From positions 271,746,001-271,810,000 of the forward strand of contig NW_027362763.1 of assembly GCF_046119375.1 (NCBI RefSeq): a DNA stretch of 64,000 nt, written 5' to 3'. The stretch comes from Phyllobates terribilis (taxonomy: Eukaryota). The notes beneath the pieces were generated by a model. That model was not told the origin of the DNA and made no database searches. It saw nothing but the letters and a program-made list of their open reading frames with translations. The position numbers and the translations under genes were made by a program. This document shows positions 11,801 through 20,821 of this stretch, in pieces; position 1 is the stretch's first letter; the number at the start of each line of letters is the position of its first letter.

Positions 11801-13402
11801 AGGAGAACACCCAGCAGAGGAGGATGTATGATTGTTAAGAGCAAATTCTGTGAGAAGCAGTAACTTAGACCACACCTCTTGATTGTCCACCACAAAACAA
11901 CGCAAAAACTATTCAACATCCTGGTTCTTTCTTTCAGTCTGTCCATTAGACTCAGGATGACACCCAGATGAAAATGACAAAAGGACTCCCAACCTGTCAC
12001 AAAAAGCAAGCCAAAAGCGAGCCACAAACTGAGGTTTTCTATCAGAAACAATATCCGTGGGAACGCCATGAATCTTGACAATCTCCTTAACAAACGCCTT
12101 AGCGAGTGTCTTGGCACAGGGCAACTTAATGAATGGAACCAAATGACACATCTTACTAAAATGGTCCACGACCACCCAGATGACAGTAAAACCCTCGGAC
12201 ATAGAAAGATCAGTAATAAAATCCATTGTGAGATGCGTCCAAGGCGCACTAGGAACCTCCAGAGGGCAAAGCAACTCCGCAGCAGGAGTATGTGAAGCCT
12301 TTGACCTAGCATACACCGTACATTGATGCACACACTTGATGACTTCCTTCTGCCATACAGGCCACCAAAAACTGCAACTGATAAGTCTCTTAGTCTCCAA
12401 ACTTCCTGGGTGACCTGCCAACCGAGACTCATGACACTCCACAAACAAATCTCTCCTAAAGGTTTTAGTCACGAACAACCTCCCACTTGGAGTGTTAGAT
12501 GGAGCATCATCTTGAGCTTTCAGAATCCCATTCTCCAAAACGGAGTCCAATGCCACCACCACAACTCCTTTCTGTAAAATGCCCTCCTCCTCCTCGGCAC
12601 CGACTGTAGGAGAAAAGCTGCGAGAAAAAGCATCGGATTTAACATTCTTAGTACCAGGGATAAAGGTAACAGAAAAATGAAACCGAGAAAAAAAAAGTGA
12701 ACACCTAGCTTGACGGGCATTCAAGCGATGGCAGCATCCAGTTAGATCAAATTCTTATGATCTATTAACACCTGAATAGGAAATCTAGTGCCTTCCAAAA
12801 AATGACGCCAATGTTCAAACGCGAGTTTAATAGCCAGCAACTCCCGATTTCCAACATCATAATTCAGTTCGGTTTCCGAAATTTTTTTCAAAAAGAAGGC
12901 ACAAGGATGTACTCCATCCCTGTTCTCCTGAGATAAAACTGCTCCGACCCCACCGATGAAGCATCGACCTCGACCAAAAAAGGCTTGGTCTCATCAGGCT
13001 TCATAAGGATAGGGGCAGAACTGAACCTCTCTTTGAGATACTTAAACGCTTCAATGGCCTCAGTAGTCCATTGGACCGTATTCGCACCTTTCCTGGTGAG
13101 ATCAGTTAGAGGCTTAACAATTACAGAAAAATTCTTAATGAATTTCCTTTAATAATTGGCAAACCCCAAAAATCTCTGTATAGATTTCAAACCAATAGGT
13201 CTTGGCCATTCCTGCACAGCCTGAACCTCCACTGGGTCCATCTCAAAGCCCTCGCTGGAGACAATGTAGCCCAAAAAACTAATTTTCTGCACAGCGAACT
13301 CACATTTCTCCAGCTTAGCAAAGAGTGAATTATCACTCAATAACTGCAATAATTCACGTACACTCTGCCAATGGGACTCTAGATCTGTTGAATAATTCAA
13401 AA
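8834..13402 (-). repeat. Tandem 1780-bp segmental repeat of pol (RT C-terminal half, RNaseH, integrase); 2 full copies and 1 partial
   Basis: Identical-length ORFs 10129-10944 and 11909-12724 are offset by 1780. The junction motif CAAAA sits at 9838, 11618 and 13398. Confidence 0.95.
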
Positions 13403-13935
13403 TGTCATCCAAATACACAACCACATTCTTACCAATCAAAGGTCTCAGGATGTCATTAATAAGGTTCTGAAAAAATGCAGGTGCCTTGGTAAGACCAAAA
13501 GGCATCACCAGATTCTCAAAATGACCTACTGGAGTGTTAAAAGCAGTTTTCCATTCATCACCCTCCTTCACTCGTAACAAATTGTATGCCCCCCGGAGAT
13601 CACTTTTAGAGAACCACTTGGCCCCCACCAACTAGTTAAACAAGTCAGGAATTAATGGCAATGGTTAGGAATTGCGTATGGTAATCTTATTAATTTCACG
13701 AAAATCCAGACATGGACGTAAACCCCAGTCCTTTTTTTAACAAAGAAAAATCCAACTGCCACAGGCGACTTAGAAGGACTAATGTGACCAGCAGCCAGGC
13801 TAGTCTGTATGTACTCCTTCTTTCAGGGATAGTCAGATTAAACATGCGACTCTTGGGAAGAGTAGCTCCCTCAACAAACTCAATGGCGCAATCATAATCC
13901 CTATGAGGAGGTAAAACTTGCGACTCTTCCTCCGA
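11623..13935 (-). pseudogene. pol: Gypsy pol (RT-RNaseH-integrase), frameshifted; protease region deleted
   Basis: ORF 13149-13631 carries the RT core with YLDD. ORF 13696-14058 fuses gag (FLAGLSERVKDLL..AVHVDRRL) directly to pre-RT sequence (FSEEESQVLPPHRDYDCAI), skipping the protease. Confidence 0.9.
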
Positions 13936-13936
13936 A

Positions 13937-14492
13937 AAAAGCCTTCTATCCACATGAACAGCTAATTGCATGGCATCCTGCAGAATCTCAGGTGCGGGGA
14001 ATGCAATTAGCAAATCCTTAACCCTTTCACTCAGACCAGCAAGAAATGGACATCTCACAGCAGGATCTTTTTATTTGACTTCTGAAGCCCATATTCTAAA
14101 GTGTGTGCAATAATTTTCAACATCATCAGACTCCTGATTCAAACGTCTAAGTTCTGATTCAGCAAATGAGACTCGATCAGGATCGTCATATAATAGACCC
14201 ATAGCCGAAAAAAATTCTTCTACAGACCTTAAGCATGAATCATTAGGTTGGAGAGAAAAGGCCAACCCTTGTGGTTCTTTGCGCAAATGTGACATAATAA
14301 AACCAATGTGCTGTGATTTATTTCCAGAGGTCCTTGTCTCAAACGAAAATATAACAAACAAGCATTTTTAAAGGAAAAAAAATCTTGCTGTTTACCATAA
14401 AAAACAGAAGAGCTACTCACGTGTTGCTGGAGCTCGGCCACCTCCAGAGACAGTCCCTGCAAGCGTTGAGCCAAAACTTGAACGGAAGCCAT
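13937..14492 (-). pseudogene. gag: Gypsy gag remnant
   Basis: MASVQVLAQRLQGLSLEVAELQQ..., FSAMGLLYDDPDRVSFAESELRRLNQ, YCTHFRIWASEV. Frameshifted. Confidence 0.8.
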
Positions 14493-14546
14493 ACTGATCC
14501 CGGAATTTCTTTCCTTTAGTTTTTTTTTTTTTTGGGCTGGACTTAC

Positions 14547-14984
14547 TGTTATGATCTGCAACATGTACTAAGGAAAGATAGGGGAAAGCTGTTCCTACAG
14601 TAAGACTAAGCTGAATCCCTACGATGTAGCGGGCTGCCTGTTCCTAGCGAACAGACCCGCCTTAGTCCTCGGGTAGTCTGAACGAAGACCTATAGCATAA
14701 GGGGAGGGGTCCCTAAAAGAACTAAGGACTGGAACAAAAATGGGACACCTCCTGAACAGAGAAGTTGCTGTAGAACACAAAAAGACAAACAGACAAAAAG
14801 GTACTAGAGGTCACAGAAGGACCAATCGAACTGATAGAGATAGGCACTGAATCACCTGGCTAGAAGAACAGTCAAAAAACACTGAAGTCCAGCACAGCCA
14901 GAAGGGCGGAGCTGGAATATAAAGGCAGGTGGTCACGTGACCGCAAAACACAAGATGGAAAAAACAAACAGGAAGGTTTTAACA
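14547..14984 (-). repeat. 5' LTR (438 bp) of the Gypsy element
   Basis: Begins TGTTATGATCTGCAAC and ends TTTTAACA on the + strand. Its first 60 bp match 8772-8833. Homologous to LTR 61686-62089. Confidence 0.9.
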
Positions 14985-14989
14985 ACAGA

Positions 14990-15237
14990 TTCTGCCTGCT
15001 GCACTCTGATACAGACTTTGCCTGCTGCACCATCTAGTCTGTCCTATTGGGACCATCTGCTGCGCATCCGTTGGTCTGTCCTGGAGTAGCACCGGGCATT
15101 CACCTGGCATTCATCGTGAGCCAAGTCTAGCCTCACCATCAGAGGCTCTAGTGAACAGTCTGGTGCTCACTTTTTCACGCCCCTCCAGGCTCTCCGGGGT
15201 CCGTGGCACAATGGTTCCACAAACCATGTCCGTGACA
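14990..15237 (+). mobile_element. 3' end of an older LTR remnant (with the 26-bp minisatellite) that was the target of the Gypsy insertion
   Basis: Ends GGTTCCACAAACCATGTCCGTGACA, resembling the LTR end GGTTCCACCACCCGGATCCGTAACA at 24276. The 5' boundary and TSD were not resolved. Confidence 0.5.
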
Positions 15238-15249
15238 GTGCACCCTCAC

Positions 15250-15345
15250 AGGCAGGGTCCTCTCTCCTGTTGTACCAGTCGGTGACCCCTTTGGACATGT
15301 AAAGCATAACTGAATAAATGTCGCTGTCACAGTAATAATAATTAT
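15250..15345 (+). mobile_element. Short L2-like LINE/SINE 3' tail
   Basis: GCAGGGTCCTCTCTCC...TGTAAAGC...AATAATAAT parallels the L2 tail at 26316-26450. Confidence 0.4.
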
Positions 15346-15534
15346 AGTATTTGTACTCTGGGTCAATTGATGGCACTTCCCTGGTGTCTACACCTAATTT
15401 GATGTATTTTGGCAGCTTTTGTTCCTGTTTCTAGGTGTTGTATATGCATTTTTTTGTTCCCCCTTTTGATTCCTATGGTATCTGGAAATGTTCGACGAAT
15501 ATTCAGCAAATAAATTTGGCAAATATCAATTTAT

Positions 15535-17484
15535 CAACACACAGAATCAGCAACGGGACTTCAGTCAGACACTGTTCGTACAGACCTGCCTATAAGCAAC
15601 TGGGTACATCAAGAAGGCCTTGTGGCTCATACCTCAGTTGCCCAAAAGCAGACTTTGCAGCAGTGGAAATAGTATGTATCTGAAAGAGGAAAACTGTGTG
15701 GACAAGCACCTTCAGCTGTCAACCAACAACTGGCAGGACTAGTGGACTTTGAGTCTCAACTGATGGAGGAGCCACCCTTACAAGTAGAAGGGGGGCCCTA
15801 CCTGGAAGCTCCTCCCTGGGATCAGCTAAATGAAGAACAGAGAGGTAAAAGCTGGTTTACAGGTGATTCTGCTACTGTGACATATAAAGGACGCTCTTGG
15901 ACAGCAGCTGCTATCCAACCTTCCACAGAGACTGTATTACATGAAACAGGAGGTGCTGGATTGAGTCAGTTTGAAGAACTTATGGCTGTATTGATGGTCA
16001 TTGAAGAAACTCAAGGTGAAGTGTATATCTACACTGATAGTTGGGCAGTGTATCAAGGCCTAACTGTGTGGATGCGTACATGGCACCAAAATCAATGGAC
16101 AGTCAAAGGGAAACCACTCAGAGGAGGTCCAGAGATATGGAATAAGTTGTGGAAAGAAGGAACCAAAAGGACTATTTATATTGGTCATGTGAATGCACAT
16201 ACTAATGTGCCGGGAAACATTGAAGCAGACAATTTATCAAAAATTGGAAAATCGAATATAGAAGAATTAATTATCCTAGGTAAATGAGTACACGGGCAAT
16301 GTGGTCATGGTGGAATTCAAGCCACTTACAAATGGGCTAAATAGCGAGGAGTCCCACTAACATTCAAAGATGCAGAAAATATTGTAGCTGATTGTCCTAT
16401 GTGCCAAAAGGTTAAAAAACGACAATGGAAACAACCTTTGGGCCAGATACATAGAGGTCAGCATGGAGGCCAAGTATGGCAAGTTGATTTTATTGGACCA
16501 CTTCCAGTGGGAAAAGGTAGTGTACGGTATTGTGCTACAGCAGTGGACACTCACTAAGGAGTGATGCTTACTCATTGTACTAAGCATGCTGACCATAGCA
16601 CTACCTTGCGGTTACTACAAAAATTAAAAATGAGTTATGGACTCCCACAAGAGATACAGAGTGACAACGGATCTCATTTCACAGGACTCAAAGTTCGAGA
16701 GTGGACCAAAGAAAACGATGTGCACTGGGTCTACCATATTCCTTATTACCCCCAAACAGCTGGACTTATTGAAAGAATAAATGGTTTACTAAAAGAGCAG
16801 ATATGCAAACTCACACCCTCTCATACACTGAGGGGGTGGGACAGGGTACTTGAGGATGCAGTTTTCCTTTTGAACAGGGTGATTCAGGATCACACCCCAT
16901 ACCAGAGAATGATAGGATTGCACTCAGACAAAGAAGAAAAGGCTTTGCCTTTACACGTGATTATTAGAACTAAGAAGGTTCTCAGTCAAACAGAAATCAA
17001 AACCTCAGTGTATAGTTTTGAGGACAAGGAAGGAGGGGTGGATTGGAATTGTGAAAATGAGGTACCTGGTAATAGTGAATGTTGGCGACTCTGTACGGGC
17101 ATTGTTGAGATCCCCAGGGGGTACAAGCTGTTAGTTTTGCCACATGCTCAACTGGCACCATGGTGTCAGTTTCTGGAAATGACAGAAGTAGATGAGTTAG
17201 GAGAACATTTTGTTAGGATTAATCCCCTTTCTAATGGGTCAATTGAAAAGGGGCAGGAGATCTGTCAGCTAATACTGGCATATTGCCCAATAATAACCGA
17301 GAGGGTGATCATTTTAGAAAAGAGCAGTAGAGTAAGGATGCAGCCTAGTGCAGGAGATTCTAGGAACAAGCTAAAAAACAGAGAGATTATAGCAGCAGGG
17401 CCATGGTCTACTTTCTTAGTATTAGAGGAAGGAGAAACTAAACATGTTTATTTTCCCTCCCACAGGCTGATTCCAGTGTTATAA
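15535..17484 (+). pseudogene. pol: Class III (ERV-L/ERV-S-like) endogenous retrovirus pol: connection, RNaseH, integrase, dUTPase-like domain, SH3-like tail
   Basis: One reading frame with 4 in-frame stops: TVRTDLPISNWV..AQKQTLQQWK*YVSER (ERV-L-type connection), WFTGDSA, YIYTDSWAVYQGLTVW, IGHVNAH..GNIEAD (RNaseH), H..GHGG..CPMC (Zn finger), WQVDFIGPLP, IQSDNGSHF, HIPYYPQTAGLIERING (DDE core). Confidence 0.9.
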
Positions 17485-17485
17485 G

Positions 17486-18019
17486 ATGTCTATCTATGAG
17501 GAGTGGTTCGGTCCAAGAATTTTCTGCAGGAGACTAATTATGGTGTTTGGGAGTATCGTTTTTCCTGTTGGATTACTTTGGATCATTTTAGAAGGCTGTA
17601 AATCTGGACATGCTCACAACAATCCATGTTTAAAAAGAGACTTGGCTAAAAACCAGTTGGTGAAGTATCATTGGATGGCAGCTAAAACATTCAATGACAC
17701 TGATTGTTGGTTGTGTACCCATGCTCCGGTTTCATCACAAGCTCTGAAAATGATGGGAGTACCAGCAACATTAGAGGACATTGAAACTGCTTTGAATTGT
17801 TCATATACTGATGCAATTAGCTCCACATGTTTTGGTGATCCTCCACTTTTTATGCTTCATAATGTTCTTTTGTCTACAGAAAAAGACTGTCCATGTCTAT
17901 ATATATTTGTGTTAATAGTACTAGTGTATCTTGTTTTGCGACTTTGTATGTGTTGTTGTTCAATGTGTTGTAAGGTAGATACATCATCAGTAAATAGGTT
18001 ACCTATACGGGATTATTAA
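17486..18019 (+). CDS. env: Internally deleted retroviral envelope ORF (177 aa): signal-like segment, SU N-terminus with CWLC, fused to TM anchor and Cys-rich tail
   Basis: ATG lies 2 nt after the pol stop. Hydrophobic LIMVFGSIVFPVGLLWIIL, then NQLVKYHWMAAKTFNDTDCWLC, then LYIFVLIVLVYLVLRLCMCCC. No furin site, fusion peptide or ISD visible. Confidence 0.75.
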   Translation: MSIYEEWFGPRIFCRRLIMVFGSIVFPVGLLWIILEGCKSGHAHNNPCLKRDLAKNQLVKYHWMAAKTFNDTDCWLCTHAPVSSQALKMMGVPATLEDIETALNCSYTDAISSTCFGDPPLFMLHNVLLSTEKDCPCLYIFVLIVLVYLVLRLCMCCCSMCCKVDTSSVNRLPIRDY

Positions 18020-18095
18020 TTAAACTGGTTATAACCATGGTGTGGTATGTAATCCTAGAGATTGATTTTTTTATAGTTTCAATCATTTTAATTAA

Positions 18096-18098
<3 letters not shown>

Positions 18099-18135
<37 letters not shown>
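18099..18135. repeat. (AT)n microsatellite
   Basis: Pure AT run immediately left of the Tc1 end. Confidence 0.95.
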
Positions 18136-18138
<3 letters not shown>

Positions 18139-19421
18139 TACAGACCAAATGTTTGGACACACCTTCTCATTTAAAGATTTTTCTGTATTTTCTTGACTAT
18201 GAAAATTGTACATTCACACTGAAGGCATCAAAACTATGAATTAACACATGTGGAATTATATACTTAACAAAAAAGTGTGAAACAACTGAAACTATGTCTG
18301 TGGCGTCCATAATCCTTAAAAGGAAAAAGTTTGGACCACCAGAAGTCTTCCTAGACCTGGCCGTCCAGACAAACTGAACAATCGTGGGAGAAGAGCCTTG
18401 GTGAGAGAGGTAAATAAGAACCCCAAAATCACTTTGGCTAAGCTCCAGAGATGCAGTAGCGAGATGGGAGAAAGTTCCACAAAGTCAACTATCACTGCAG
18501 CCCTCCACCAGTTGGGCTTTTATGGCAGAGTGGCCCAACGGAAGGCTCTCCTCAGTGCAAGACATATGTAAGCCCGCATAGAGTTTGCTAAAAATCACAT
18601 GAAGGACTCCCTGACTATGAAAAATAAGATTCTCTGGTCTGATGAGACAAAGATAGAACTTTTTGGTGTTAATTCTAAGCGGTATGTGTGGAGAAAACCA
18701 GGCACTGCTCATCACCTGCCCAATACAATACCGACAGTGAAACATGGTGGTGGCAGCATCATGCAGTGGAGGTGTTTTTCAGCTGCAGGGACATAATGAC
18801 TGTTTGCAATTGAAGAAAACATGAATGCAGCCAAGTAAAGAGATATCCTGGATGAAAACATCTTCCAGAGTGCTCTGGATCTCAGACTTGGCTGAAGTTT
18901 CACCTTCCAACAATACAATGACCCTAAGCACACAGCTAAAATAACAAAGGAGTGGCTTCAGAACAACTCTGTGACCATTCTTGACTGGCCCAGCCAGAGC
19001 CCAGACCTAAACCCAATTGAGCATCTCTGGAGAGACCTGAAAATGGCTGTCCACCAATGTTCACCATCCAACCTGACGAAACTGGAGAGGATCTGCAAGG
19101 AAGAATGGCAGAGGATCCCCAAATCCAGGTGTGAAAAACTTGTATCATTCTCAAGAAGACTCATGGCTGTACTAGCTCAAAAGGGTGCTTCTACTCAATA
19201 ATGAACAAAGGGTCTGAATACTTATGACCATGTGATATTTCAGTTTTTATTTTTTATTACATTTGCAAACATTTCTACATTTCTGTTTTGTTTCAGTCAA
19301 GATAGGGTGCAGAGTGTCCTTTAATGAGAAAAAAAATGAACTTTTTAGAATTTACCAAAAGGCTGCAATGAAACAAAGAGTGAAAAATTTAAAGGGGCCT
19401 GAATACTTTCCGTACCCACTG
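18136..19421 (+). mobile_element. Chimeric Tc1/mariner element (left end from one family, transposase body and right end from another)
   Basis: The left end CATTACAGACCAAATGTTTGGACAC does not match the reverse complement of the right end (CAGTGGGTACGGAAAGTATTCAGG). Transposase motifs [26 protein letters not shown] and WPSQSPDLNPIEHLW are present. TA flanks both sides. Confidence 0.85.
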
Positions 19422-20268
19422 TATATATATATTTATTAATTTCAGGGAGTTCAGCAGGTCATTGATATTGAAATGTTCAACCAGATGGCCTATTTAACAT
19501 AGGAATGTAAATGACTGGTCATTTGTTGATATCTTCTAACAAATTTCTTTTGATATTCAAGGATGAGAGCAACTGATTAGATTGGGTGAAATTTTCTCAG
19601 AAATGTCATCTAGTGAAATCTTATCTGTTGGCTTTAGAGGGTTTCTCCCTAGCATGCCATGGAAGATCAAAGCTTTTAATTGAGATACATTGGATATTTT
19701 AAGACATAAAAGATGACTGAACTCTGGGGAGAGAGAGAGGTGTTTTAAACATTGAGGGATATACGAGTTACATACGGAGACAGAGAGAAGAGAAGGCATA
19801 TATTTTCAGAATCTGGAGACGTCCAGAACCAACATTACTTTCATTCTGGGTCAGTTGCATGTACCATCCAGGATTGTTATTATACAAAGCTAAGTATCTT
19901 AATTGCTTTAATTTATTGATTTAATTATTGTTTCATTTTCATTTTACTGTATGAAATGTAGTTGTTATTTGTAAGCTCTTATTGTAATTTTCTTTTAAAT
20001 TCTTAAGTAAAATAATAATTGATCACTCATTTAGTGCAAATCATTTCTTTTATCCATAACAATCTTACAAATTATAAACCCATTACAATACACTGGTATA
20101 CAGTTATTGCATATTGAGAGAGTAATATGGCTGCCAAAATTTGGGAAAAACCCCAATACCAATTTGAAGACACATAGAGGTGGGCTTCAGTAACGACATG
20201 TTCCCATTAGAAAGTAGCGATTCTGCTATATAGTTATTCCATATGCAGTGAGTATAACGGCTGCCTAA

Positions 20269-20821
20269 AGGTATGTGCCCACGATGCAGATTTGAAGCAG
20301 AAATTTCCTGTGCGTTTTTGCCTCTCCATTTTGGACGCGTTTTTATATGCGTTTCTTAAGGTGTTTTTTTAAGCATTTTTGAGCATCAATAAATGATTTT
20401 TGGAGCTATAAAGTTTATGGGACATTGCTTAAGCTCTTGGATTACCATAGAACTGGGGTGAGTATATGGGTTCATTTAAATGGTTAAAGAATGGGTGTGT
20501 TGTATTTCAAATACAGTGTTTACACTGTGTCTGTCTGTTTGGTCATGAAAAGGTCTGATTGACACCTTGACATCACCAAACAAAAAATCTGTGTGTCAGC
20601 TTGTCCCATTCACCCAATATTCATTAGAATTTCTATTCATGTAATTTATGCGAATGCTGTGAGCTGTTTTTTTTCAGCCTGGGAATGGGCCACTAGGCAA
20701 ACATTTTCCCTGGCCAGTGAACACATGTGGATTTACCTGCATTCAATAGAATGCAACGTTTTGGACGCAGCAAAAATTTGCGTCCAAAGCGCTCCTGCGT
20801 CTGAATTATGGGCACAAAGCC
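20269..20821. mobile_element. MITE-like element with short TIRs
   Basis: Left AGGTATGTGCCCAC; the right end reverse-complements to AGGCTTTGTGCCCAT. TSD not cleanly resolved. Confidence 0.5.

Larger units (their letters stand above)
8772..14984 (-). mobile_element. Defective Ty3/Gypsy (chromovirus/sushi-like) LTR retrotransposon
   Basis: TG...CA termini with a 5-bp TSD ACAGA at 8767-8771 and 14985-14989. The minus strand carries gag (ATG at 14492, MASVQVLAQRLQGL), RT (KSDLRGAYNLLRVKEGDEWKTAF, VYLDDIL), RNaseH ([13 protein letters not shown]) and integrase (HLTMDFITDL, IVSDR, HPESNGQTER). Confidence 0.95.

Noticed and set aside
19430-19900. Protein-like stretch after the Tc1 (minus ORF 19557-19799; plus frame with faint resemblance to a GIY-YIG tail or an env ISD)
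   Set aside because: Multiple stops on the plus strand and no convincing motif on either strand. An ISD here would also be out of order relative to the env TM. Needs a BLASTx search.
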